64,000 nt of DNA. Origin: Bryobacteraceae bacterium. Lineage in GTDB: Bacteria; Acidobacteriota; Terriglobia; Bryobacterales; Bryobacteraceae. A program made the position numbers and the translations under genes. Shown piece after piece: positions 49,785 through 58,763 of this stretch (position 1 is its first letter; each line of letters begins with the position of its first letter). The notes under the pieces are model-generated. The model saw only the letters and a list, made by a program, of their open reading frames with translations. It was not told the origin of the DNA and ran no database searches. The stretch spans positions 6,744,804-6,808,803 of the forward strand of contig OZ255834.1 of NCBI GenBank assembly GCA_965277555.1. The letters are read 5' to 3'.

Positions 49785-52700
49785 TTAGCGCTTCTTGCGG
49801 ACCAGGCGGCGGGCTTTGCGGACTACGGCGGGGGCGACGGCGAAGGCTTCGCTTACTAAGGCGTTCTGCTGGTCGCTGTGGATTTTGTGGGCTCCGGTGG
49901 CGGGGCTGGCGGCGGTGGGGCGGCCGATGTAGCGCAACTGCCGGCCATGTCCACCGGGATGGATGATCGACTGCATCTGCTCTTCGACGAAGTACCAGGC
50001 ACCCATATTCTCGGGCTCTTCCTGAACCCAGAACAGCTCGGCGACGTCGGGGTAGCGGCGCAGGATGTCGGTGAGACGCGGCAACGGGAATGGGTAAAGC
50101 TGCTCGACGCGAATGATTGCGACATCGCTGCGGCCGAGCTCTTCGCGTTTGTTGACGAGATCGTAATAGACCTTGCCCGAGCAGAGCAGAATGCGGCGCA
50201 CCTGACTGCCGACGTATTGCGGATCGCCAATCACTTCCTGGAAAGCGCCGCTGGTCAGTTCTTCGAGGCGTGATGCGGCTTTGGCGTAGCGCAGAAGCGA
50301 CTTGGGCGTAAAGACGATGAGCGGCTTACGCAGGCCGCGACGGTCCGCGCCGCAGTGCATCTGGCGGCGCAGCAGATGGAAGTACTGGGCGGGGCTGGTG
50401 CAGTTGCAGACCTGCATATTGTTTTCGGCGCAGAGCTGCAGGAAGCGTTCGATGCGGGCGCTGGAGTGCTCGGGACCCTGGCCTTCGAGGCCATGGGGAA
50501 GCAAAAGCACGAGGCCGCTCGGCTGGTTCCACTTGGCTTCGGCGGAAACGACGAACTGGTCGATGATGATTTGAGCGCCGTTGGCGAAATCGCCGAATTG
50601 CGCTTCCCACATGACAAGGGTGAGCGGATCAGCGACGCTATAGCCGAATTCGAAGCCCATGACGGCATACTCGCTGAGTAGACTGTCTACTGCTTCGAAC
50701 TTGGCCTGCTTCGGATCGAGATGTTTGAGCGGGCAGTAGCCTTCGCCGGTTTCGTAATCGCTGAATTCGAGATGGCGCTGAGTGAAGGTTCCGCGACTGA
50801 CGTCCTCGCCGCTCAGGCGAACGGGGGTGCCTTCGAGAACCAAGCTGCCGAAGGCGAGCGTTTCGGCAAAACCCCAATCGATCGGCGCGCCGCGCAGCAC
50901 TTCACGACGCCGATCGAGCAAGGACTTTAACTTGGGATGGAGATTGAAATCTTCAGGCAGGTTGGTCGTTTTCTCGATGACTTTGACGAGCGTGTTGTAA
51001 TCGGCGGCGGTCGAAGGACTGGGCTGCATGATCTCTTCGGCCGGAACCTCGGCGAACTCTTCGATGGTGAACTCTTCGCGATGCTTTTTCGACTCGTCGT
51101 AGGTCTGGTTGAGGCGCGCGCGGACTTGGGCGCGCAGGCTTTCGACGTGCTCGGCATCGACAAATTTTTCGCGCACCAGGCGCTCGGCGTATTGCGTGAA
51201 AACGCTGGGCGTGCTCTTGATTTTGCGATACATCACGGGCTGGGTATAGCTCGGGTCGTCGGCTTCGTTGTGGCCCTGGCGGCGGTAACCGATCAGATCG
51301 ATAAAGACATCGAGCTTGAAGCGCTGGCGGAAATCGTAGGCGAGCTGAGCGGCGCGAATACAGGCTTCTGGATCGTCGGCGTTGACGTGGAAGATGGGGG
51401 CTTGAACCGAGAGCGCGACATCGGTGCAATAAATACTGCTGCGGCCATCGAGCGGATTGGTGGTGAAACCGATTTGATTGTTGGTGACGACGTGCACGGT
51501 GCCGCCGGTGGTGAAGCCCTCAAGCTGCGACATCTGGAGAACTTCGGCAACCACGCCCTGCCCGATAAGAGCGGCGTCGCCATGAATGAGAATAGGCAGC
51601 ACGCGCTCGCGCTTTTCGTCGCCGATGCGATCCTGCTTGGGCCGGACAAGGCCTTCGACGACGGGATCGACGGCTTCGAGATGACTGGGATTGAAGGCGA
51701 CCGAAACGAGGATCTCCTTGCCCTGCGTGGAGCGATGGATGCCGCTTGCGCCGAGGTGATATTTGACGTCGCCCGAGCCTTGCACGCTATCCGGATCGGG
51801 TTCGCCTTCGAATTCGGAGAAGACCTGCGACATGGACTTGCCGACCACGTTGGCGAGGACGTTCAAACGTCCGCGATGCGCCATGCCGATGACGGCCTCG
51901 TGCACATCGTCGTTGGCGCCACGATCGAGCACTTCGTCCAAAGCGACGATGGTGCTCTCGAGCCCCTCGAGCCCGTAGCGTTTCTGGCCGACGAAACGAG
52001 TTTGCAGGAAATGCTCGAACTCTTCGCCCTGCACAAGGCGGCTCAAAATGCGGCGGCGCACGGCGTCATCGAGCTTCCAATTATTAGTGGTGCTTTCCAT
52101 GCGGTCCTGCAGCCACTGTTTCTGCTGAGGATTTTGGATGTGCATGTACTCGACGCCGATGGAGCCGCAGTAGGTAGCGCGCAGCCGGTCGAGAATTTCG
52201 CGCAGCGACTCATAGGGCTGCATGTAGGAGGCGATAGCGCCGCTGGGAGCTTTGACGGCACCGGCCAGAAAGGGGCGATCGAGATCCCAGATGGAGAGGC
52301 CGTAACTGGCGGGATCGAGTTCGGGGTGATAGGCGGGATCGTTGCCGAGCGGATTGATGTTGGCTAGAAGATGGCCGCGGATGCGATAGGAATTGATGAG
52401 CTGAATGACGGCGGCTTCCTTGGCGACATCGGTGTTGACGGCAGCGCCACCGAAGCGGCCGGGCGCGATCTGCTGATCGGACTGCCAGCGCACCGGCATG
52501 TAAGGAATTTTGAGATCCCGGAAAATGCTTTCGTAAAAGCCGTCTTCGCCGGTCAGCAACTGCTGGAGCGTGGCGAGAAATGTGCCGGACTCCGCGCCTT
52601 GAATGATGCGGTGATCGTAAGTGCAGGTGACGGTGAGAACTTTGCTGAGACCGAGCATGGCTTTGGTCTCATGACTGGCGGCGGCGAACTCGGCCGGATA

Positions 52701-53690
52701 ATCGATGACGCCGGTAGCGACGATGGCGCCCTGGCCGGGCATGAGGCGCGGGATGGAGCCAAGTGTGCCGACCGTGCCCGGATTGGTGAGCGAAATGGTG
52801 GTGCCTTCGAAATCCGCGATCTGGAGCTTGTTGGTACGAGCGCGCGCGACGATATCGTCATAGGCGGCGACGAATTGGGCGAAGTTCATGCCGTCAGCGT
52901 TTTTGACGTTGGGAACTTTTAGAGAGCGGGAACCATCTTTGCCAGCGACATCGACAGCAAGACCGATATTGATCTGGCTGCGCACGACGCGAAAGGGCTC
53001 GCCACCGTTTTCGGCGAAAGCGTGATTCAAGGCCGGATTGGACTTCACGGACTTGACGATGGCCCAGGCGATGAGATGGGTGAAGCTGAGCTTGCCGCGA
53101 CCCTGGAGAGCGCGCCGCTTATTGATGATGTCGCGATTCTCTTCGATGACGCGCACGGGCAACTGGCGCTGGGAAGTGGCGACGGGAATGGAGAGGCTGG
53201 CGGCCATGTTTTCGGCAATGCGAGCAGCCACGCCGCGCAAGGGCACCAGCTGGTCGCTTGCACCGACCGCCGCGCCGACGGCTTTGGTTTCGGTTTTGGC
53301 GGGGGCTTGGGGAGCGGCGGTGGCGACGGCGGAAGAAGTTTGCTCGGGCGGAGAAGAGGGCGGAGGTTCGCGGCGGGGCGGCTCGGGCTGCGACGGCTCG
53401 CGTTCGGGCGCACGCTCCGGTTCGGCAGGTTCGCGCCGGGGAGGTTCACGCTCGGGCGGAACGGGCGCGGGCGGCTCTTCTATAGGATGCGTGGGTTGGG
53501 CGGGTTCTTCGGTAACGGCGGCCGTCGCTACGTCTCTGGCACCATTCTTTTCGGACCCATTCTGCCCCGCTTCCTGGAACAGGTGACTCCACCCTTCGTC
53601 CACACTTTTACGATCGAACTGGTACTGATGATAGAGCTCGTCTTCCAGCCAGCTGTTAATGCCCGACGAGGGGTCTTTCGATTGCGCCAT
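49785..53690 (-). CDS. kgd: Multifunctional 2-oxoglutarate decarboxylase/dehydrogenase E1 fused to an E2-type succinyltransferase catalytic domain (Kgd/OdhA type)
   Basis: The N-terminal P/E-rich linker is followed by a 2-oxoacid acyltransferase domain (SFTHLIAWAIVKS...TCTYDHRIIQGAESG). The E1o region follows (YRIRGHLLANINPLG, GMAHRGRLNVL, HGDAALIGQG TPP site, LLPHGLEGQGPEHSS). No lipoyl domain is present. Confidence 0.9.
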   Translation of the reverse strand: MAQSKDPSSGINSWLEDELYHQYQFDRKSVDEGWSHLFQEAGQNGSEKNGARDVATAAVTEEPAQPTHPIEEPPAPVPPEREPPRREPAEPERAPEREPSQPEPPRREPPPSSPPEQTSSAVATAAPQAPAKTETKAVGAAVGASDQLVPLRGVAARIAENMAASLSIPVATSQRQLPVRVIEENRDIINKRRALQGRGKLSFTHLIAWAIVKSVKSNPALNHAFAENGGEPFRVVRSQINIGLAVDVAGKDGSRSLKVPNVKNADGMNFAQFVAAYDDIVARARTNKLQIADFEGTTISLTNPGTVGTLGSIPRLMPGQGAIVATGVIDYPAEFAAASHETKAMLGLSKVLTVTCTYDHRIIQGAESGTFLATLQQLLTGEDGFYESIFRDLKIPYMPVRWQSDQQIAPGRFGGAAVNTDVAKEAAVIQLINSYRIRGHLLANINPLGNDPAYHPELDPASYGLSIWDLDRPFLAGAVKAPSGAIASYMQPYESLREILDRLRATYCGSIGVEYMHIQNPQQKQWLQDRMESTTNNWKLDDAVRRRILSRLVQGEEFEHFLQTRFVGQKRYGLEGLESTIVALDEVLDRGANDDVHEAVIGMAHRGRLNVLANVVGKSMSQVFSEFEGEPDPDSVQGSGDVKYHLGASGIHRSTQGKEILVSVAFNPSHLEAVDPVVEGLVRPKQDRIGDEKRERVLPILIHGDAALIGQGVVAEVLQMSQLEGFTTGGTVHVVTNNQIGFTTNPLDGRSSIYCTDVALSVQAPIFHVNADDPEACIRAAQLAYDFRQRFKLDVFIDLIGYRRQGHNEADDPSYTQPVMYRKIKSTPSVFTQYAERLVREKFVDAEHVESLRAQVRARLNQTYDESKKHREEFTIEEFAEVPAEEIMQPSPSTAADYNTLVKVIEKTTNLPEDFNLHPKLKSLLDRRREVLRGAPIDWGFAETLAFGSLVLEGTPVRLSGEDVSRGTFTQRHLEFSDYETGEGYCPLKHLDPKQAKFEAVDSLLSEYAVMGFEFGYSVADPLTLVMWEAQFGDFANGAQIIIDQFVVSAEAKWNQPSGLVLLLPHGLEGQGPEHSSARIERFLQLCAENNMQVCNCTSPAQYFHLLRRQMHCGADRRGLRKPLIVFTPKSLLRYAKAASRLEELTSGAFQEVIGDPQYVGSQVRRILLCSGKVYYDLVNKREELGRSDVAIIRVEQLYPFPLPRLTDILRRYPDVAELFWVQEEPENMGAWYFVEEQMQSIIHPGGHGRQLRYIGRPTAASPATGAHKIHSDQQNALVSEAFAVAPAVVRKARRLVRKKR

Positions 53691-53810
53691 GTCAATATTT
53701 TGGATTTGAACGCTCGCAGGGGTAAGGACGCCATCGCGAGATTCGGCGTCGCAGTTCGCGTCTAGGTTCCGTGCCTTTATTGTAACGAAGGGTGGGGGTC
53801 GCGTTGCCGG

Positions 53811-54554
53811 TTAGGCGGCGGATTTGCGGAGATCGCGCTTAAAACCCTCGAAGGGTTTACGCATGAGTTGGAGATCGGCTTCCGCTTCGACTTCAAGCGC
53901 GGCGATGCGAGCTTCCCAGCCGGGGCGCATAGCAGCGTCGGGTTGATTTTGCGGTTCAAAGCCAATCGCGGGGGTGGATGCGGGTTCGGCGGGAGCAGAT
54001 GCGGTTTGTGCGGTGTTCATTGCGAGGAATGCGCCGGGGGCGGTGCGGCTTTTGATCTGGCAGACGCGGACGCGATGCATTTCATCTTTGCGAATTTCGG
54101 CGGCGGCGAGTTGCTTTTGCCGTTCAAAGCCAATTTCGGCTTTGGCTTTGGCGGCGCGGATTTTGAGGAGATCGTTGAGGCAGCGGTGGAAGGCGCGCTG
54201 ATGGCTTGCCTGGTAGCGCAGGTAGAGCGCAAGGCGATCTCCGGCGGCGCAAAGACCGTTTTCGTCGAAGGTGAGGTGCTGGAGGTTGACGGCGCGCTCG
54301 GTGAGCCATTGGTGGCGGGCCATGCCAAGGACGAGACGACGCTCGGTTTCGGTGGCGGGGGTGTATTCGGCTTCGAAACTGGCGACGAGTTGCGCGAATT
54401 CGGCTTCGTTTTCCCAGGAGAGAATCATGAACGCGCCGACGAGACCGTGGCGGAGATTGTTTTGGGCGACGGCGGCGCGCCCGGCTTCGGATTTCGGGCC
54501 GGTGGAGAGTTGGGAATTGGCGCGGTTGGCGGTGAGTTGGGCTTGGGTCGACAT
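53811..54554 (-). CDS. Hypothetical protein (N-terminal NRANSQxSTGPKSEAG motif)
   Basis: ATG 54554 gives MSTQAQLTANRANSQLSTGPKSEAGRAAVAQNNLRHGL... The part of the track ORF upstream of this (to 54890) is C/A-rich low complexity and is unlikely to be coding. Confidence 0.5.
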   Translation of the reverse strand: MSTQAQLTANRANSQLSTGPKSEAGRAAVAQNNLRHGLVGAFMILSWENEAEFAQLVASFEAEYTPATETERRLVLGMARHQWLTERAVNLQHLTFDENGLCAAGDRLALYLRYQASHQRAFHRCLNDLLKIRAAKAKAEIGFERQKQLAAAEIRKDEMHRVRVCQIKSRTAPGAFLAMNTAQTASAPAEPASTPAIGFEPQNQPDAAMRPGWEARIAALEVEAEADLQLMRKPFEGFKRDLRKSAA

Positions 54555-54674
54555 GTTTGTTCTTCTATATCTTCTATAAAGAATTAGGCTGGCGGAGAAA
54601 CAATACCATGGCGAAACAAGCGTTTTTCGGTAAGTTGTTGAGGGGATTGAGGAAGTAGGTTGTGACTGAGTTTT

Positions 54675-54737
54675 GGGGTTGGAGGGATGAAGGGGTTGGG
54701 TGGGGGTAAGTTGTTGATTTGGTTGGGGTTTGGGGGG
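54675..54737 (+). other. G-quadruplex-prone G/T-rich tract
   Basis: GGGGttggaGGGatgaaGGGGttGGGtGGGGG then GGGGtttGGGGGG. There are six or more G3+ runs with loops of 7 nt or less, all on the plus strand. Confidence 0.6.
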
Positions 54738-55041
54738 ATAGCATCGCTGCCGAAGAGGCGGAGCCGAGGGATAAGAAGGAGATATAGGGCCTGTCTTGGA
54801 GGGATTCGCCTTTTGAACGCCACAATCCGAAGAGTCTGGGTACAACAGGAAGGCAAGTTTTGGGATGTGACAGAATCGATTGGTAAACACAATTGTTGCC
54901 GCGCCGCGCTGCTGGTTTCAGCCTCGTCTTGGGCCGACCAGAGTCGGTTTTGTCCCAGGCCAGCCTAAATAAGAGTTCGGCCCCCAAAAACTGCTCGACG
55001 GCTTCCACTGAGATTTCAAAGAACGGCAACAAAGCGGAGCT

Positions 55042-56742
55042 TTGATGGCGAATAACGACGTAGTGACCGGCGACCTGAACTACGCCGACAGACTCTGGAA
55101 GGCCGCCGACACCCTCCGTGGGCAGGTCGACGCCGCGGAGTACAAGCACGTTGTCCTGGGCCTACTGTTCCTCAAGTACATCTCCGACAGTTTCGAAAGC
55201 CGTCGCGACGACCTGCAGGCCGAGCTGACGCGCGACGGCATCAAGGGCGAACAGCTCAACCGCCTGCTCGAATCCCGCGACGAATACACGGCTGAGCGCG
55301 TCTTCTGGGTGCCGCCCGAAGCGCGGTGGCCGAACCTTCAGAATCAGGCTACCCGCCCCGACATCGCCACGCTGATCGACGACGCGATCCTCGCCGTCGA
55401 GCGGGACAACGCGAACCTCAAGAGCAAGCTCCCCCGCGATTACGCCCGCCGCGGCATCGAGCCGGTGAAGATGAAGAGTCTCATCGACCTGATCGCCGGC
55501 ATTGGCTTCAAAGGCAACCGCGGCACGGCTCGCGACACGCTCGGCCGAGTCTACGAGTACTTCCTCGGCAAGTTCGCCGCCGCCGAGGGGAAGCTGGGTG
55601 GCGAGTTCTACACGCCGCGCAGTGTCGTGCGCGTGCTCGTCGAGATGTTGGAACCCTACCAGGGGCGCATCTACGATCCTGCGTGCGGCAGCGGAGGCAT
55701 GTTCGTCCAGTCGGAGAAGTTTGTCGAGGCCCACGGCGGCCGGCGCACCGACGTCTCCATCTTCGGGCAGGAGAGCAACCCCACGACCTGGCGCCTTGCC
55801 CACATGAACCTCGCCATCCACAGCATCGAGGCCAGGCTCGGCGAGCAGCCGGCTGACACGTTCCTCCGCGACCAGCATCCCGACCTCAAGGCCGACTTCG
55901 TCCTCGCCAACCCGCCCTTTAACGTCAGCGACTGGTCCGGCCAGCTCCTTCGCGGCGATAAGCGCTGGGCCTACGGCGACCCGCCCGTCGGCAACGCCAA
56001 CTACGCCTGGATTCAGCACTTCATCCACCACCTCGCCTACCCTAACGGCCGGGGCGGCGGCGTGGCCGGCTTCGTGCTGGCCAACGGCAGCTTGTCGAGC
56101 AACACCGGCGGCGAGGGCGAGATCCGCCGCAAGATTGTCGAGGCCGACCTAGTCGACTGTATCGTCGCCCTACCCGCGCAGCTCTTCTTCACCACGGGCA
56201 TACCTGTCTGCCTCTGGTTCCTCACGCGCGACAAGACCGGCCGGAACATCCGCCGTGGCACGCCGAACCGCCCGGGTGGACGCCAAGGCGAAACGCTTTT
56301 CATCGACGCCCGTAAGCTTGGCACGATGCAGACCCGCGTGCTGCGTGTGCTGAGCGGCATTGAGGAGGCCGAGTGCGTGCCCGGCACGGGCGACCCGCTA
56401 CCCGCGTCCGACCTCGGCCGGATCGTCTACGCCTACCGCCGCTGGCGCGGCGAGCCCGCCCCGGATTGGTGGAATGAACAGGAGCACGGCGTGTGGGCGT
56501 TCGCGCCGACCCCCGGCTTTGCCAAGCCCGCGCCGATCGAGGAGATCGCCAAGCACGGCCACGTCCTCACCCCCGGCCGCTACGTCGGAGCGGAAGAGCA
56601 GGAAGACGATACTGAACCGTTCGCCGAGAAGTACCCTCGGCTGGTGGCGGAGTTGGAGGAGCAGTTGGCGGAGGGGGAGCGGCTTACGCAGTTGGTCCGC
56701 CAGCGGCTGAGTGCTATCGATATCGGCGGAGGCACCGTTTGA
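55042..56742 (+). CDS. hsdM: Type I restriction-modification system, methyltransferase subunit
   Basis: LWKAADTLRGQVDAAEYKHVVLGLLFLKYISD (HsdM N-terminal domain), motif I DPACGSGGMF, and motif IV NPPFN. Confidence 0.95.
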   Translation: MMANNDVVTGDLNYADRLWKAADTLRGQVDAAEYKHVVLGLLFLKYISDSFESRRDDLQAELTRDGIKGEQLNRLLESRDEYTAERVFWVPPEARWPNLQNQATRPDIATLIDDAILAVERDNANLKSKLPRDYARRGIEPVKMKSLIDLIAGIGFKGNRGTARDTLGRVYEYFLGKFAAAEGKLGGEFYTPRSVVRVLVEMLEPYQGRIYDPACGSGGMFVQSEKFVEAHGGRRTDVSIFGQESNPTTWRLAHMNLAIHSIEARLGEQPADTFLRDQHPDLKADFVLANPPFNVSDWSGQLLRGDKRWAYGDPPVGNANYAWIQHFIHHLAYPNGRGGGVAGFVLANGSLSSNTGGEGEIRRKIVEADLVDCIVALPAQLFFTTGIPVCLWFLTRDKTGRNIRRGTPNRPGGRQGETLFIDARKLGTMQTRVLRVLSGIEEAECVPGTGDPLPASDLGRIVYAYRRWRGEPAPDWWNEQEHGVWAFAPTPGFAKPAPIEEIAKHGHVLTPGRYVGAEEQEDDTEPFAEKYPRLVAELEEQLAEGERLTQLVRQRLSAIDIGGGTV

Positions 56743-58118
56743 CGCTTTCGATGTTCAAAGATGCTCCCGAAGCGTGGACTCGCACCACTCTCGGCAAGAT
56801 CGTCGCGCTCGCCGGCGGTAGCATTCAGACCGGGCCGTTCGGAAGCCAGTTGCACGCTTCGGACTATGTGCCGGTCGGTGTCCCATCAATTATGCCGGTC
56901 AACATCGGAGACAACCGGCTGATTCGCGACGGCATCGCATGTATTTCGGCAGAGGATGCGCAGCGGCTGTCCAGACACATCGTGCGCAAGGGCGACATCA
57001 TCTACAGCCGTCGCGGCGATATTGAGCGACGAGCGTTGGTGCGAGAGGAGGATGGGTGGTTCTGCGGGACCGGTTGCTTAAAGGTGCGGTTGGGTGATGG
57101 TGTCGTTTCGCCGGAATTCGCAGCCTACTACCTCGGACATCCGGAAGTGCGGGAGTGGATCGGTCGCCATGCGGTCGGTGCGACGATGCCGAACCTAAAC
57201 ACCTCGATCATGGAGGCGGTGCCTTTTCTGCTACCACCACCGGCGGAACAGGAGGCCATCGCCGCCGTGCTCGGCGCGCTGGACGACAAGATCGAGCAGA
57301 ACCGGCGGACGGGTCGGGTGTTGGAGAGGCTGGCGCGGGCGACATTCCAGGCGTGGTTCGTGGACTTCGAGCCCGTCAAGGCCAAGGCCGCCGGCGCCGC
57401 CAGCTTCCCCGGCATGCCCCCCGCCGTTTTCGCCACCCTCCCCGACCGCCTGACCGACTCCCCCGTCGGCCCGGTGCCGCAGCGGTGGGAAGTCAGCAAC
57501 ATCGGTACAGTGGCGCGGCGAGTCGCTATGGGTCCTTTCGGTTCGGACATCAAAACGGACAACTTCGTGTCGGACGGCGTTCCGGTCGTCCGAGGCGGGA
57601 ATCTCACGGACGGTTTTGTGGATCGCGAATTTGTCTTCCTGACGGAAGCAAAGGCTGATCAGCTCGCCAACGCTAACGCTTTCCCCGGTGACATCGTAAT
57701 CACTCATCGCGGCACGCTCGGGCAGATTGGCTTAATTCCTAGCAAGTCGCGTTACAAGCGGTATGTGGTGTCGCAAAGCCAAATGCTTATTCGCCCGAAC
57801 GCCGCGATGCTGCAGTCACACTTCCTGTATCTCTTTCTCACATCGTCAGCGGGCCAGCACGAACTCTTAGCCAACAGGAGTCAAACCGGAGTTCCCGCAA
57901 TCTCAAGGCCCACGACAAGCGTTAAGGCGATCTCTTTAATTTTACCGCAGCGGCCGGTCGTTGACGCCTTCGAAGGTTTTGCCTCAACGCTTTTCAATGC
58001 TCGGGCGGCTGCGGAGGTCGAATCATCCAAGCTTGCCGCCCTCCGCGACTACCTCTTGCCGCGGCTGCTGAGCGGGCGGGTGCGGGTGCGCCGATCTGAG
58101 GGTGATCCTAAGGCGTAA
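56739..58118 (+). CDS. hsdS: Type I restriction-modification system, specificity subunit
   Basis: TTGA overlap with hsdM. Two target-recognition halves are each followed by conserved helices (EQEAIAAVLGALDDKIEQNRR and LAALRDYLLPRLLSGRVRV). Confidence 0.85.
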   Translation: MTLSMFKDAPEAWTRTTLGKIVALAGGSIQTGPFGSQLHASDYVPVGVPSIMPVNIGDNRLIRDGIACISAEDAQRLSRHIVRKGDIIYSRRGDIERRALVREEDGWFCGTGCLKVRLGDGVVSPEFAAYYLGHPEVREWIGRHAVGATMPNLNTSIMEAVPFLLPPPAEQEAIAAVLGALDDKIEQNRRTGRVLERLARATFQAWFVDFEPVKAKAAGAASFPGMPPAVFATLPDRLTDSPVGPVPQRWEVSNIGTVARRVAMGPFGSDIKTDNFVSDGVPVVRGGNLTDGFVDREFVFLTEAKADQLANANAFPGDIVITHRGTLGQIGLIPSKSRYKRYVVSQSQMLIRPNAAMLQSHFLYLFLTSSAGQHELLANRSQTGVPAISRPTTSVKAISLILPQRPVVDAFEGFASTLFNARAAAEVESSKLAALRDYLLPRLLSGRVRVRRSEGDPKA

Positions 58119-58161
58119 ACGCGCCAGACCTCGCTTCGGCATTTCGTCTAAACTGAACCGT

Positions 58162-58398
58162 ATGGAAACGCCATTGGATCGGATTACCGTTGAGCCCGGC
58201 AAGTGTGGCGGCAAGCCGTGCATCCGCGAGATGCGGATCACCGTCCGGCGAGTTTTGGAACTGATCGCAACGTATCCCGATCGCGAGGCTCTCTTTTCGG
58301 AGTATCCGTTTCTTGAACCTGAAGATCTGCGGCAGGCGTTACAATATGCGGCGGCGGCAGTGGATGACGACATACTCAGCATCCACCGCGTCGCGTGA
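58162..58398 (+). CDS. DUF433 protein (antitoxin-like) inserted in the hsd operon
   Basis: METPLDRITVEPGKCGGKPCIREMRITVRRVLELIA...EYPFLEPEDLRQALQYAA matches the DUF433 pattern (DPxxxxGKPxIRGTRIxV...YPxLxxEDIxxAL). Confidence 0.8.
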   Translation: METPLDRITVEPGKCGGKPCIREMRITVRRVLELIATYPDREALFSEYPFLEPEDLRQALQYAAAAVDDDILSIHRVA

Positions 58399-58763
58399 GA
58401 AGGCTTTTACTGGACCAGGGACTTGCGCCGCTAGCCGCGGCCATTCTTCGCGAACGAGAGTTCGACGCGATCCATGTTTCCGAGATTGGAATGGACCGGG
58501 CTGACGATGCCGCAATCCTGGTTCGCGCTGCAAGCGAGCAACGAATCTGCGTTACGCTGGACCACGACTTCCACGCCCACCTTGCGATGGCGGGTCGCGG
58601 AAATCCTTCCGTGATCTTGCTCCGTGATCAAATGATCAATGCGCCTGAGCAAGCTGATCTGATCCAACTCATTTACGGCCACTGCGAAGCCGCGCTCGAA
58701 GGCGGAGCGGCGGTATCGGCGAACCGGGCCACCATTCGTGTGCGCCGGTTACCCCTCAAGTGA
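58395..58763 (+). CDS. DUF5615 (Mut7-C/PIN-like) protein, toxin-like partner of DUF433
   Basis: GTGA overlap with the DUF433 gene. LLLDQGL...AIHVSEIGMDRADDAAIL..A..EQRICVTLDHDF. Confidence 0.75.
   Translation: MRRLLLDQGLAPLAAAILREREFDAIHVSEIGMDRADDAAILVRAASEQRICVTLDHDFHAHLAMAGRGNPSVILLRDQMINAPEQADLIQLIYGHCEAALEGGAAVSANRATIRVRRLPLK

Noticed and set aside
49588-49788. 66-aa plus-strand ORF in the GT1/kgd convergent gap
   Set aside because: It is built from the repeat element and the terminator hairpins. The product is Arg-rich, with no start context.
50937-52367. 476-aa ORF on the plus strand
   Set aside because: It is a shadow ORF antisense to kgd, with low-complexity G/A/D/V-rich composition.
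54555-54890. Upstream part of the 359-aa ORF 53811..54890
   Set aside because: It translates to Pro/Gln/Thr/Ser low complexity derived from the C-rich complement of the G-rich tract. A clean ATG at 54554 precedes the conserved N-terminal motif.
55162-56031. 289-aa ORF on the minus strand
   Set aside because: It is antisense to hsdM, which has unambiguous methyltransferase motifs. This is a typical GC-rich shadow ORF.
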